Source: Vicugna vicugna
Lineage: Eukaryota
Assembly: GCA_013265495.1 (NCBI GenBank)
Contig: MU058441.1
Location: 248,001-312,000 of the forward strand
Direction of reading: 5' to 3'
Length of the DNA stretch: 64,000 nucleotides
Under the pieces are notes generated by a model. That model did not search any database. It was given only the letters and a program-made list of their open reading frames with translations, and was not told the DNA's origin. Positions within the stretch are counted from its first letter, which is position 1. Each line of letters begins with the position of its first letter. The position numbers and the translations under genes are program-made. This document shows, piece after piece, positions 1-13,397 of the stretch.

Positions 1-48
1 ATTTACAATAGTGTGTTGGTTTCAGGTGTACAGCAAAGTGATTTTGTT

Positions 49-93
49 ATATATATATATAATATATATATATATATATTATATATATATATA
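49..93. repeat. (TA)n microsatellite in an L1 3' fragment
   Basis: imperfect TA run after atttacaatagtgtgttggtttcaggtgtacagcaaagtgatt. Confidence 0.85.
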
Positions 94-1247
94 TTACTGC
101 TTGATTGGATTTGGCATTTTGTTAGCTCTAAGATATCTAAATGCATTTTCCCATCTGCCTCCCAAGACCTTTGAACTTTTCCAAATCCTGCATTCATTTC
201 ATATGTTTGTCTTTTAGGACCACAGGATGCTTAGAGACATTAATATGCTGTTGAATTATATTCTGTCTATCTTGCATGCCTTTATCTTTCAAGGTTATGC
301 CTAGAGACATTTTCAAAGAGGCAGGAAGTGAGAAAAAAAGGCAAATCAGGGAAAAGATGATCCTGACTTTCCTGAATCTCTTTTCCACCCTGGGAAAATC
401 TCCCCACACTCTCAGTCTCTGTGTATAGCTAAACCCTTTGCCAATTAGTCTTCTGAAAACACAGCTCTGATGATGATACTTTCCCATTCAGAAAGCCCCA
501 GGTGCTCCCCACTACTTTTTTGGGCAGAGCCCCTCACTGATCGGGTCCCAGACTTTCCTCTTCTCCAGCCTTGTCTCCTACACCACCCCCCACCACTGCC
601 CATCCCCCTGGTGTGGTGCCCAGCTGTCCCCTGGGCTTCCTCCTTGCTTGCCTTCCCTAGGTGGGTTTTTGTTTCCAAGTCCAGGGCCTGGTCCTCAGGG
701 CAGTCAGGAAATGTTTGCCAGATGGATGAAATGAAACTTGAGTAGAAGCCAACACTAGGTCCTGTCCTTAAGTGCTTTAGTCCTGGAGGTCTTTCTTGAT
801 TACATCTTTCTTGCTGGGTTCCTCCCTGCTGGGTTTCATCTTCCCCTTCCCCCAACGCTCCATGTGCCTCGCCAAAGACCTTGGCCTTGTTTTTCTTTGC
901 AGGATGGCCTTTCTTGTGTTTTCCTGTCCATCTTGCTGGACTGTAAGCCCCTGTTGGCTCAGACTCTCCCATAGCAGACGGTAGAGCCTGGGTGGTCCGC
1001 ACTAGCACCTCATCTGTGAAGGGAGGAGTGGGACCTTACCCACCACATTCCTACTCCAGGCCCCACTGGAGGTGGCAGAGACCCCACTGGCCCACATCTC
1101 TTCCCTGAGGCTGGTCAGCTGGTCCTGGAAATGACCTCGGTGGAAATAGCTAGGCAGCCACCACCCAGGAAATCCCTTGAGGCCTCTGCCCTACTCCCCT
1201 ACCTCCCCTACCACACTTCTACGCAGCGTGTCCTGTTCTGTTTCCAG

Positions 1248-1389
1248 GGCCAAGAGCAGGATGTGAGGAGAATCATCCAGGCCCTCAATGAGTGCCTTGC
1301 TGCTCTTCCCCGGCAGCAGCTGCGGAAGGTCTGCGGCATCGGAGTGTCAGGACAGATGCATGGAGTCATGTTTTGGAAGACAGGCCAAG
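1248..1389 (+). CDS. SHPK: SHPK exon 2 (GQEQDVRR...FWKTGQ)
   Basis: ttccag acceptor, G|gtatgc donor, 142 nt. Confidence 0.95.
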
Positions 1390-4300
1390 GTATGCTGGGC
1401 TCGGGAGTGATCACACGCTGTTGACAGTCACCCTGGAGCCAGAAAAGTGCTGCCAGGGGCTCTTCGTGAAGGGTCAGCTTATCCTGCTGCGTCTTGTGTT
1501 CTGTGTATAGCCTGTCTTGTTCAAATGTGTAACGAACAAGCAAACTGCCTGCTCACACAAGCTTCATGAGCAGGGAAAGGGAGAAGAGTGAGTTCTCTCT
1601 GATTCTCTGTTGGAGTCCACGGAGTGGATTTTCTACAGCTTTCTCTATTTGGGCTGATGTCTTGGAGCATCTGTGTCAACAACTAAGAAATTAGTATAGC
1701 TGCAGAGGATACTAGGACATAGAGGAAGTGCTTTTGAATTTGGGCATAGTTTTTGTGGTTTAACCTAATCACAGATATTTGTGCTTTTAAAATTCCAAGG
1801 TGCGTCCTTTTCGTGGGTGCACTTGCCAAGCATTATTTATTTGGCTGTTTTATTTCAGAAGGTCTGCCACAGTGCAGAGGTGGGCGGCCTGTTCTCTTTG
1901 GCCTCCAGGAGGAGAACTAAGCCAGCAATACAGCAATGAGCACTTTGCACGTCAGGTGCTGAGCTAAGGATGTGACCTGCTTGAGCTCATCGAATTTTCC
2001 CGACACCCTTATGACGTGGGTCATACTGTTGTCCCTCTTGTGCAGATGAGAAGTTGAGGTTCAGGGAGGTTAATATAATATGCTCAGGGCTATGTGGCAG
2101 CAAGTGGTGACTCCAGCTTTCAAACCTGAGTCTATCTGATGTCAGACACTGAACTTTGAAAGGCCTCGGGGAGGACCAGAGCCACAGTGGGGCACAATAG
2201 CTCAGTGGCTGGAGGAACTTCCCAGCAGAAGGTCCGCGGAAGGGTTAGGCTCCTGTAGGAAGTTGTGAGCTCCTGTTACAGTAAGCATTAAAAGAAATAA
2301 AATTTTTTTTTAATTATAAAAAGTTCTATGGGGACATCAAAGTAGGGAAAACAGTATTATGAACTGACACATACCCATCATCCAGCTTCAAAAATATGAA
2401 CATTTTGGGAGAGGGTATAGCTCAGTGGTAGAGCGTTTTCTTAGCATGCATGAGGTCCTGGGTTCAATCCCTAGCACCTCCATTAAAATAAATAAAAACC
2501 CAATTGCCTCCCCCCCGAACAAAAACAAACAAACAAAAAGCAACATTTTACTGCAGGTGTTTTAAGCAGAGGTTGGACGACTACTTTGCAGGGGGTGGAG
2601 GGGACAGCTGAAGTTAAAGAGATTTGAGCACTGGATTCATCCCTTTCTGCTTGGCGAGTCAGCAGTTTCGATTCCCCGGGGCCAAGGGAGTGGTGACTTG
2701 CGTCTCAGTAGCTTGAGTGGGGTCTGGTGATGCATCCTTTGACTGGTCCCCAGGATGGGCCTGGGTATCTGCCGAAGCCAGCACAGGCCCTCTCCCTCTC
2801 CTCTGCCGGTCGTCCAGGCCAGCTGGGACCACAGGAGCTACTTGGCTCCAATCAGTAGCCAGAGCAAAGGGCCGATTAGGATGTTAGAGCTGACCTCTCA
2901 GGGGGAGTCTAGGTTGTAAAAGCTTTTTAAACTCCTTAATTTTGTATTAACGAGAATAAATGTCCTTTTAATACTAAAACCCTTCCCAAAGAGAACAGCA
3001 GAGATCTAAGGCATGTGGTCTGGTCACACGCCTTCCTTTCTGCCAGTCTCCTGGTCTCTGTAACAACCGCACAAACCATCGTCCACGTCATTGGAGAGAG
3101 CTGCTTAATATTTCATTGAGCCCGCTCGCGTGCCTTCTTGTTTTGTTTTCTGTTTCTGGGAAGGAGGAGAGCCATTGTTTGACAATAATGATACCTGCTT
3201 AGCAGAGTGAGTGAAATTATATATGAGATCAAGTCATTCGGCTTTTAATAGCGGCCGTGAATTCAGTTTGGTTTCAGGACGCACGATATAGGAGGCTCTG
3301 TGCTGGGCCCCGCGGGAGACATTGGAACGGGGATGCAGCCCTGGCCTTCCAGGGCTCACTCAAGGCAGTCAACACAGACGGGCACCAGTAACCTGAGCAG
3401 AGAGCTAAGTGCGTCCACGAGGGCACAGAGGGCACCGGCGAGCCACTTGGAGGAGAGGAGAGGGAGTGACTAGTGTCTTCTGAGAGGCCTGTGGTTACAC
3501 CTGTTTCCACATTCCATTTCCAGGCTCAGTAATAGCAGGAAAGAAGTGGGGATCATAAAACCCAGCTAAAAGGCAGGCAGCAGACAGGGAGAAAATATTT
3601 GCTAGTGTATAGTAGACAGAAGACGGACATGTGTACATATGAAGAACGAATAACAAAGAAAGGGCAAATGGCCCTGTGGAAAAATGGGCAGAGGAAACCA
3701 ACAGGCACTTCCTAGAAGAGGAAATTCAAATAGCTAATAAGCCTATGAAAAGATGCTCAGTGTCATTAGTAATTAGGGAAGTGCAGACGAAAACAACAAT
3801 GAGAAATCATTTTCCAGCCCCTGGATTGTGAGAAATCAAAGTTTGAGAATGTCAAGAGTTAGCAAAGGGGGTGGAAAATTGGTTCTTTTAAACGCCACTG
3901 CTGTTAGTGTAAATTAGCATATCTGTTTCGGAGGGCAGTTTGTCAGGGTATTAAAAATAAGAAAGCTGCAATGACTCAGCGGCCCTGTTACTTGGAATCT
4001 GTTCTAGAAAAGGACTTCAAAATGTATGTGCAAAAGAGGCGTAACCGTGGTCGCTTGTTGCATGCTTATCGCAGTGAAAACGGTGACGTGTAACCGTGCT
4101 GTAGAATGGTTGGTACCCCATGCTGTAGAATGATACGTTTGGGAAGGGTCAGGTTATCCTGCTGCCTCTTGTGGCAGAAATATTAGGCATGAAAAATATA
4201 ATAGTTCAAATAAAGAACATAGTAGTTGGGACTGATAGCAGAACGGGTAGAACTTTGGAACAAGTTAGAGAATGACAGATCAGACTGAGGACATCTCTCA

Positions 4301-7300
4301 GAAGGAAGAGGGAAAGGACAAAGAAGTAGAAAATATTTTTTAAAAAAGCTTAAGAGCTATTGAGGATACAAACAGAAGTACTAGTATCGGAATAATAGGA
4401 GACCTAGAAAGGCAAAAATAAAAATGGTAGAGGAGGAAATGTTTGAAGAATTAATGGGGAAAATTGCCCCAGAAATAAGCTGGAATGCTGCAGAGAGGGC
4501 CCAGAGAATGTCAAAGAGGAGAGAGAGGGAAAAGCCCACAGCTAGAGGTATTGCAGTGACCTTTTAAGGATTTGAAAGACAAAGAGAACATTCTAAAAGC
4601 TTATAGAGTGAAAGATCAGATCCCATATGAGTGCCTTAGAAGCATATTAACATTCGATTTTTTCCAACAGCAACACTCCATGTAAAGAGGCAATGGAATG
4701 GTACTGTGGTTGTCTACTGCCACAAAACAAACTACCTCCAAATTCAGTGTCTTAAAACAGCAACCAGTTTTATCATGGCTTGTGATTTTGGGGGTCAGAA
4801 TTGGACAGGGCTCAGCTGACCGATGTGCTCTACGTGGAGTTGACGGCAGTTGCTTGGGAGTACTCATCTGGGACAGACTAGTCTGGAGGTTCAGGGTGGC
4901 TCTGCTCAATGCCTGGTGCCTTGGTGGGGAAGCCTGGAAGCCTGGGCTCGGCTGGGGACGGTCTGCCAGATGCCTACACATGACTTCTCCATGTAGCCTC
5001 TCCAGCATGGTGGCCTCAGGGTGGTGGGACTTCTTACGTGGTGCCTGGCCTCCCCCAGAGTGAGTGCTCTAGGAGGCTCTGGTGGTTGCTGCAAGGCTTC
5101 TGATGACCTAGTTTTGAGAGTCCCAGGATGTCACTTCCACCACATTCTCTTGGTTAAGGAAACACCAAGGCCAGTCCAGATTCAAGGAAAAAGGACTTAG
5201 ACTCTACCTCATAAGGGGAGGAGTAACAAAAACTTTGTGGTAATCTACCACAAATCTACAAATAAATTTCTTAAGTATTGAAGACAAGGAACTTAAAACC
5301 GGGAGTATTATAACTGATTAAACTATCATTCAAATATGAGGATATGAAAATATGCCCTGAGGCATATAGACCTTCAGGCACTTTAACACAGAACTCTACT
5401 CTGGAAACAATTTGGGGTGAAATATTTAAATAAGAGCAGAGGAAAATTCAGGAGATAGTTCAAGCAATAAATGAAGGAAAGATGGCCAGATTTCATAGTG
5501 AATTTTGATGTCTGAAAAATCCATTAGCTAAGACCAAAGGACAAGAGAAAATATGTATTTAACCATCCAGAATCAAGTCTAGCCAACATCATCATGGTTG
5601 GAAGGACAGAGACCAGGGGACTTGTGAGTGTGCCAACTTCTTTTCTTACATGGGAGGGGGAGATACATCAACTTAAAAAAAATGAATAAAAAGGAGGGTA
5701 GAAGAAGCGAGGCAAATGAAGGGAGTAGTGACCTGCCTGGGGTCCACACAGCTGTTACGGGTGGAGCCAGGTACTAGACCTGGGTGCTTTGGTGTCAGAA
5801 CCCCTGAGTGCCAGTGCAGCATTGTCCTGGTGGTAAAATCTGCCCTGTAACCTCACTAGCAGAGTAGTCTCAAGGACTTGCTGGTGGTCAGTGGCTCTTT
5901 TCTCCATTTTTGGTCATCTCCTTTGTTCCAGGCTGTGAATGGACAGAGGGAGGGGCCGCCCCTGTGTTCGAGCCCCGAGCTGTGAGCCAGCTGGTCACGT
6001 GGCAGGATGGCCGGTGTAGCAGCAAGTTCCTGGCTTCTCTGCCCCAACCAGAGTCCCACCTCAGTGTGGCCACGGGGTTTGGCTGTGCAACTATCTTCTG
6101 GCTTTTGAAAAACAGGTATGGAAAATAGTTCTTTGAATTGGGTGATGAATTTCCAGGGGGAATGGCTACGGGGCTGTACCTTCAGCAGGTCAGGATCCCT
6201 CCATATGCTGGACCATCCCTCAGTGAGTGTGGCCCAGCAGAGGGTGGGGTCACAAGACTTAGACTTGGTCTACCCCTGCTTCATTTTGCGGAGGGCTCTT
6301 CTTGGTTATCTGATTCTAACCCTGAGGGGGAAAGAAGGGGCCAGAGAGGGCGAGGGGCTTGCCAAGGGTCACATGATGTGTTCATGGTGGGGTCAGGGCT
6401 GCTGAGAAAGCCTGATGTCCTGCTTTCCCAGGCATAGTGAGTTCTCTCCCCTAAGGCTGACTCTGACCAGCTTGGCTTGGAGGCGCTGGGAGGTCCTCAT
6501 CTTGGGAGTTCAGCTGTGGTAGGTCCATAACCTGAGGGGTCCTGGCTGCCACCCAGCTGCACCATGTCTAGTCCACAGTGCCCACAGTTAGGTTGCGGTA
6601 CATGCTTTCAAGTCGATATTAGACCACACTGAATTGTTCTGAAAAACAGCCCAGAGTCCCTGAAGTCCTACGATGTAGCTGGCACCATCCATGACTATGT
6701 GGTTGCCATGCTGTGTGGCTTGACAAGACCCCTGATGTCCGACCAGAATGCTGCTAGCTGGGGATATTTCAACACCAGGAGCCAAAGCTGGAACTTAGAG
6801 ATGTGAGTATAACCTTGCAGGATGGCTCGAGGCCAAAGGCAGAATCTTTACAGTGGGAGTTTCAGTGGGGCTTTTCCATCTGGGAATAGTGGAGGATTCC
6901 ACAAGGCCAGGAATCAGGTTCCAATACCTCCCAGCCTGTTCCAATCTGTGGGCATGGGTGGCCTGGCTGTAAGTGACATCCTTGGGGAGGGGTGCCACCC
7001 ACCACGCCATGCAGTCCTGCTCCTCTGCTGTCACCCAGACCTAGGGTGGGGTCCTTTCTATGAGTTCTTTTTGTGATCTGGGTCCAGCCCGAAGATTCCA
7101 GAGAACAATTACCATTCTTTAATGTATTTTAAAATAGGGTCAAGCAATGAAAGCACGGAGCTTGAGGGATGCCTTTTAAGTTCTTTTTAAACAATCATTT
7201 ACCTTTTCAGGTCCAGAAATCCAGTGCCCTATAAGTTCACTTCCTTCAGGGCCCAAATTCTGAGCTCTGTAATAAAACAAAAAGCACCTGGTAGTTCAGG

Positions 7301-10300
7301 TAAAGGACTTTCTAGCATGTTTTATAAAATTGACAGCCCCATGTTCACTAACCCCGAGTGCTGAATGTGTTTGTTATCCAGGACATGGATGGGTTTGACT
7401 TTGATTTGACCTGTTCTAACCAACTGCGACTTCGCTCTAAACCTCCAACTGCCTCCCTTTGCAGAGTGTTTTGCCTTCCCTTCAAACGCAGGAGGCTAGA
7501 TGCCAGTGATATCTGCCTCTTATCCAATCCTTTTTTTTCTTTTCTTTTTAAAATGTATTTTATGTTTATTTTTATGCATTTATTTAGTAGGGAGTGGTGG
7601 TAATTAGGTTTATTTATTTATTTAGCTTTTCGATGGAGGTACAGGGGATTGAACCCAGGACCTCGTACATGCTAAGCAAGCACTCTACCACTTGACCTAT
7701 ACCCTAACCCCCCCATTCTTTCTGATCCCCTCTGCTTACACTGGTTGTGTTCTTCCCCGGAAGGCCTATCCCAAGCTCCTGAAAGCCAGTGTTCACTCTT
7801 TAAACAACCCAAGCCTATTTCTCATAGTGTTAAAAAAGCCAAAGAGGCCGTCTGTGAACACACTGGATTCCAGCCTCTCTTCTCTAATGTGTATCCGATA
7901 GCGCTTTCCTTTGCTGACTTTCCTGGAAACAACGAAAAACAGAAAACAAACACCAGGTAGATATACTGTCCACTTTTGGTTTGCAGACTGAGGGCCGCAG
8001 GCTTTCCCGTCCACCTGCTCCCAGACATCGCCGAGCCCGGCAGCATGGCAGGTAGAACTTCGTGTGCGTGGTTTGAAATCCCAAAGGGGACGCCGGTGGG
8101 CGTGGCCTTGGGTGATTTGCAGGCCTCTGTCTATTCCTGTATGGCCCAGAGGACGGACGCAGGTAAGGCTTTCCTTGGTTCTCTCCTCAGATGTCTACTG
8201 GGGCCTCCTAAGCCCCAGCTCTGTGCGAGGGTCCAAGGGGCACATGTAGCCAGCAGTCTCGGCATCCTGTTGACTGGAAAACACTCTCATCCCTACAGAT
8301 GAAGCTCCTGCCCAAGGAGCTTACAATCCAGCAGGGCAAGTTCTGTCCTGACCACAGTCCGTGCCTTTCCTCTCTAGGGCCAGGTGAGGGAAATGACTCT
8401 AGTGGGCTGGTTTCTGTATATCTCCCTGATCGAGAAAACAGATGAGTAGATTAGGACTTTTGTTCCTGGGTGTGTGTGTGAATGAACGTTCCCTCCAATC
8501 TGATTAGAAGTGCAGAGTCTTTTCTGTTTTCTGTGTAAGAGAGTCACAGTGAGGTGGAGGCAGCCATCCAGGGCAGGGTCGGCAACCTTTTCCTGTAAGG
8601 GGCCAGATAGTAAATATTTTAGGCTTTGTGGGTCATTTAGTTTCTGTCATAACTCCTAAACTCTGCTGTTGGGGCAGGAAGGTAGCCATAGCCAATACAT
8701 ACACGAGTGGGCATGGCTGTGTTCCAATAAAACTTTATTTATAGATATCGAAATGTGAATTTCATAAAATTTTCATGTGTCATGAAATATCCTCCTTTTG
8801 GTTTCTTTTCAACCATTAAAAATGGTAAGAATGTGCTACTGGGATTGTAAAATGGTGAAGTCCCTCTGGAAAACAGTCTGGCATGTCTTCAAAAGTTAAA
8901 CACGAAATTACCATGGGACCCAGTAATTCCACTCCTAGGTGTGTACCCACGAGAGCTGACAACACACATCCATACAAAAACTTGTACACAAATGTTCCTC
9001 TCAGTATTATTCCTAACAGCCAAAAAATAGAAACAACCCAAATGCCCATCAACCGATAAATGGATTTAAAAAAAGTGGAAGAGCCACACAGCTAACGTGC
9101 TACAACATGTGAATGAAAGTGAAAGAACTGAAAGAAATTTGTCATGAAAAGCCACACAGTGTATAATTGTTTTCCTGTGAAATATCCAAAATAAGCAAAT
9201 CCATAGAGGCTGAAAGTAGATTAATGGTTGTCAAGGGCTGGGAATAAGGGTTGATTGCTAACCAGCATGGAAGTTTCTTTCTGGAGTGATGAAAATGTCC
9301 TAAAATTAGATTGTGGTTATGTTTGTACGACTCTGTGAATATACTAAAAAGCACAGAATTGTACACTTTAAAAGGGTGCCTTTTAAGGTGAATTTATTTG
9401 AATTACATCTCAATAAAGCTGCCATTAATAAAAAAAAAAAGTTAAAGCCGTAGTTAGCTCCTGGGCCTTACAAAAACAGGTGTCAGGCTGGATATAGCCT
9501 GGGGGCTTTTGTCTACCCGCTGCCCCCAGGGCCTACCCCAAAAGTGTAAGTGGGCAGAGGTGGGAAAGTTGAATGTTGACCTCAGTTAGTTTGGCCCCAA
9601 CAGGCTTTTTGGCCAGGTCTCATGAAAGATGAAGGAGAGACTCCTGGAACAGTCTGAAAGCTCTGGCCTTGACCTAGAGGAAAAAAATCATCCCTTCTGC
9701 TCTGAGCCTGGGGGCCTCCCTCCTGTTGGTGGGGGGAGGTTGAGAAGCACGCCTTGGAAATAAGAAGGAGGTGGTACTCGCCAAAAATGAATGAAACTAC
9801 CCCAGACAATAAAATGCTTGGGCTAAGGTCTTACTCTCTGTGAATAGTTGCCTACTGCTGTGTAACAAATCACTCCAACACTGAAGTAGCCCCAGACAGC
9901 AAACACTCATTGTCTTGCACTGTTTCTGAGAGTCAGGAATCCGGATGGATGGTCTGGCGCATGGTCCTTTGTGAGACGGCAGTGGTCCGCTGGGACCGCA
10001 GTCATCGGAAGTCATGATAATTGAATGAGGGAGTAGGGTATAGCTCAGTGGTAGAGTGCATGCTTAGCATGCACGAAGTTCTAGGTACAATCCCCAGTAC
10101 CTCCTCTCAAATAAATGAATACACCTAATTACCTCCCTACAAAGAAAAAAAACTTAAAAAAACAAGACGATTGAATGGGTAACTAGTCTCATTGGTGTCG
10201 GGGATAGGTCATCAGAAGTCTTCATCATTGTTTGGGGACTAACAGAGCATAGAGGTTACCTGGCCCTAAGTATTATTAACAGTGTCTACTAACTATGAAG

Positions 10301-13300
10301 TCCTTGACGACAGAGAAGTGATTTGTTGCACAGTACAGTCCTGGGTAGGGTCAGTGCAAGGACACGAGGAACTGTATGGGCCCACGGTGCCAACACCCAT
10401 ACAGAGGGTGTCTCCATAGGGCTGCTCACGACATGGTACCTGCCTCCCGTCAGAGCAAGTGATCAAGACAGAAGCTGTAATGCCTTTTAAAGACCTAGTC
10501 TCCAAACTCACGCACTGTCACTTCTGCTTTACTTTCTTCCTTGGAAGCATGTGATTGAGTCCAGCCCACCCTAAGGCAGAGGGGAATTAGGCTCTGCCTC
10601 CTGAAAGGAGTATCGAGGAATTTGTGGACACACTTTTAAAACCAGCATGCTCTCCCCCTGCCCTGTTGTGACTTGCAGCCCCTGAGTTAGCCCAACAGGC
10701 CTAACCTCCACTTTCCTTGGACCCCAGTTCTCAACATCAGCACCTCAGTTCAGCTGGTGGCCTCCATGCCTTCAGGATTCCAGCCAGCGCAGACTCCAGA
10801 CCCCACGGCTCCGGTCGCCTACTTTCCGTACTTCCACAGGACCTACCTGGCGGTGGCAGCGTCACTCAACGGGGGCAACGTGCTGGCCACGTTCGTCCAC
10901 ATGCTTGTCCAGTGGATGGCGGATCTAGGTAAGAGGTGGCCCACACAGCGGTGTGTTCTCCGCTTGCCCTTTCTATGTGGCTGTATCCCAGTGATGAATG
11001 TGCCGTAAGCTTCTAGATTCATGTCTCAGACCCAGCCAGGTTCCAGCACATTCGTTCCTTCTTTAGGGATCTGAGCCTGTAGGCTTCTTTCCTCTCATCT
11101 TCTGAGCTGCTCTCACCTATTCTCTTATTTGAGGGGCATCTTCTCTCCTAATCTTGACTTTGGAGAATCCTAATAGTGTCCTGGCTCTCCCCGGCCCCAC
11201 TGTGTTACTGTCTCTGTCAGTAAGCCCCTGGGTCCCTTATGTTTGAGGTTTGCCTTCTGATGACAACAGACAGCTGAGAATAAAATGATCAGATGTGAAT
11301 GAGTGCAACGACTCCCAGTATTTTACAATATTATCAAATCCTCATAGCACTTATTCCTGGTGGGTAGCTCCTGTCCCCCTTTCTTGGAAGGGTCCCTGGA
11401 AACTGCTCTCTTTAGGGGAGAATCGACCAGGCCTTCCTCTGCTCTGCATTTACAGGGAAACATGTGGAGAGGGTTCCTTTCCAAGTACTTAGGGCTAGAA
11501 ATGAAATTTCTGGTCAGCTGTCTGGAAATAGGCAAATCATGTTCATTGGATGCACTGGTTGCTTGTAGGAGCTCAAAATCAGGTCATTCCAGGAAGCATC
11601 CAACAGAGTTAACTAGTGGGGGCTCAGCCACAGGGAGCACGTGGGAAACTCATGCTGGTCATGCAGACAGGTGTTGCTGACCACGTGGGTCCTTCCAGGC
11701 TGGCCAGGGACATTGGGATTGTGGGGGAGTTCTGACCCTTTGGCTGGGAGCCCCTCAGGAATGCTTAATGTAAAGAACAGAACTTTGATTTTCTTTTGCC
11801 TTACATTAAGAAAGGTTTTGAAGATATGGAACCAGTTATCAGAACCTTCAGGCATGCCCTTTGCCCTAGATACTGCTTTAACCGAATTGGATCCGTCAAA
11901 TGTTTACTGAGTTGGCTGGTGCTTCTCTTTATACAGAAGTGACTGTTTTTCTCACCCCTGAAGGAGGTGGTAACATTTAATTTCTCTCTAAGATCCCTTC
12001 AAAAAGAAAAGTCTTTTGCATTTTCATGGTTCTTATTTTGATCAAACAGAGAGTGCTTGAAAGTTTAGTGGTTTATGTCACTTAACCTTTTATGAAATTT
12101 CTACATTATTTCATTTGATTGAAAAAAATTTTTTTTCACTCTCATTCCTGAAGGTGTAGAGTTGAGTTTGTGTAAGTTAAGCGTGCAGATGAAGAGATTT
12201 CATGGTGACTCTTGGGTGGTGGTTCTCAGCACTGGCCACACGCTGGAAATAGTTGTGCAGTTTTAAAAACAATGTTTATGTCCTAGCTTCACCCTTAGAA
12301 GTGCTGATTATTTGCCTGGGAGTGGGGAGGAGTAGGGCCTGAGCATGGCATGTTATGAAAGTTTCTCAGGTGATTCTGATGCACTCAGGTGCTGGTAAGC
12401 ACTGGTCTAGAACCTTCTACCCAAAAAGCATGGTCCTCAGGCCAGCAGCACTGGCTTCCTCTGGGAACTGATGATGACTGTGGAGTGTTAGGGCATACCC
12501 AGGCACACTGAGTCAGAAGCTGTATTTTAATAAGCTCCCTGAGTGATCCATATGCATATGGAATGGTGAGCTCTGGTCTAGACTGGCAATTCTCAACCTC
12601 AGCCGAGAGGCAGGCTAGACTGTGATCAGCACTGTGGTCCTGGGATTCCCATGACACTGCTAATAAGCCTAATAGCAGCCAGGATGATACTTATTGATCA
12701 GTGTATGCATTTGGCCTGCTTGGGACCAAGGGTCCCACAGCTGCAGGATGGTTAGGGCTCACAGCAGCATTTAAGATAATGTGTCCCTGAAGGCTGGGCT
12801 GGGTTCTGCAGTGAGAGAGCTGGCTGGGGTCTGGGGCAAAAGCACAGCTAGCCAGGCTATATGAGTCCTGAGCTGGAGCGAGGAGAGGCAGCAATTCAAC
12901 CTATTTCTGCCCCCTGGGAACTCTCTAGTCAGCCTGCAGTGAGAGGGTGCATGAACTCACACAGCCTTTCTCTGTTCCTGGCAGGCCTGGAGGTTGAAGA
13001 ATCCACTGTATACTCACGCATGATCCAGGCAGCTGCACAGCAGAGAGACACGTGCCTAACCATCACTCCAACGGTGCTGGGCGAGAGGCACCTGCCGGAC
13101 CAGCTGGCCTCAGTGACCAGAATCTCCTCCTCTGACCTCTCCCTGGGTCACGTGACCCGGGCCCTGTGCAGAGGCATTATTCAGAACTTGCACTCAATGC
13201 TTCCGTTTCAGCAGCTCCGAGAGTGGGGTGTGGAACGGGTGATCGGCAGTGGGAGTGCGCTGTCCAGGAATGAGGTGCTGAAGCAGGAGGTGCAGAGGGC

Positions 13301-13397
13301 TTTCCCTTTCCCAGTGTCCTATGGCCAGGATGTAGACGCAGCTGTGGGGGCAGCTCTGGTCATGCTCCAGAGAAACTTTAACCAGCAGGAGTCCTAG
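1248..13397 (+). CDS. SHPK: Sedoheptulokinase, 5'-partial; join(1248..1389,5932..6115,6650..6802,7987..8162,10728..10928,12985..13397)
   Basis: FGGY-family kinase motifs GIGVSGQMHG, LVTWQDGR, DQNAASWG, VALGDLQAS, LNISTS, ASLNGGN, GSGSAL, DAAVGAA; all introns GT-AG with consistent phase; lies upstream of TRPV1 as in known synteny. Confidence 0.97.
1925..2160. mobile_element. MIR
   Basis: core cagatgagaagttgaggttcagggaggttaa. Confidence 0.65.
2407..2541 (+). mobile_element. tRNA-derived SINE, camelid-type (vic-1-like)
   Basis: A box tagctcagtggtagagc, B box ggttcaatcc, A-rich tail, TSD aacatttt (2399/2542). Confidence 0.88.
3540..5700 (+). mobile_element. Old L1 fragments interrupted by an MLT1 LTR
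   Basis: A-rich L1-like sequence, e.g. atgaaaagatgctcagtgtcattagtaattagggaagtgca. Confidence 0.6.
4710..5232 (-). mobile_element. MaLR (MLT1-type) solo LTR
   Basis: caaaacaaactacctccaaattcagtgtcttaaaaca...gtcacttccaccacattct...ccagtccagattcaagg signature. Confidence 0.7.
5932..6115 (+). CDS. SHPK: SHPK exon 3 (CEWTEGG...FWLLKN)
   Basis: ttccag acceptor, AG|gtatgg donor, 184 nt. Confidence 0.95.
6650..6802 (+). CDS. SHPK: SHPK exon 4 (PESLKSYDVAG...SWNLE)
   Basis: aacag acceptor, AT|gtgagt donor, 153 nt; read by hand, not in the ORF track. Confidence 0.93.
7530..7714 (-). mobile_element. tRNA-derived SINE, camelid-type
   Basis: reverse complement of the same family: gattgaacccaggacctc...ctctaccact. 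Confidence 0.88.
7987..8162 (+). CDS. SHPK: SHPK exon 5 (LRAAGFPVH...QRTDA)
   Basis: ttgcag acceptor, G|gtaagg donor, 176 nt. Confidence 0.95.
8574..9530. mobile_element. MER58-type hAT MITE split by an L1 3' fragment (~8830-9441, +)
   Basis: cagggtcggcaac...ggccagatagtaaatattttaggctttg...ggctgtgttccaataaaactttattt; resumes after the L1 poly(A) with tacaaaaacagg. Confidence 0.7.
9830..10640 (-). mobile_element. MaLR (MLT1-type) LTR carrying a SINE insertion
   Basis: ctgctgtgtaacaaatcactcca...cactgtcacttctgc. Confidence 0.6.
10028..10169 (+). mobile_element. tRNA-derived SINE, camelid-type
   Basis: A/B boxes, A-tail, TSD attgaatg (10020/10170). Confidence 0.88.
10728..10928 (+). CDS. SHPK: SHPK exon 6 (LNISTSVQL...WMADL)
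   Basis: ccccag acceptor, G|gtaaga donor, 201 nt. Confidence 0.95.
   Translation, partial: FSTSAPQFSWWPPCLQDSSQRRLQTPRLRSPTFRTSTGPTWRWQRHSTGATCWPRSSTCLSSGWRI
12215..12585. mobile_element. MER5-like hAT fragments
   Basis: gtggttctca...ggtgattctgatgcac and similar termini. Confidence 0.5.
12985..13397 (+). CDS. SHPK: SHPK exon 7, last coding exon (LEVEEST...NQQES*)
   Basis: ggcag acceptor, TAG stop at 13395-13397. Confidence 0.95.

Noticed and set aside
445..1008. 187-aa minus-strand ORF in SHPK intron 1
   Set aside because: Low-complexity composition, no homology recognised
2407..2480. tRNA gene
   Set aside because: A/B boxes are followed by a SINE body, A-tail and TSD, and the element is repeated five times; it is a SINE head, not a tRNA
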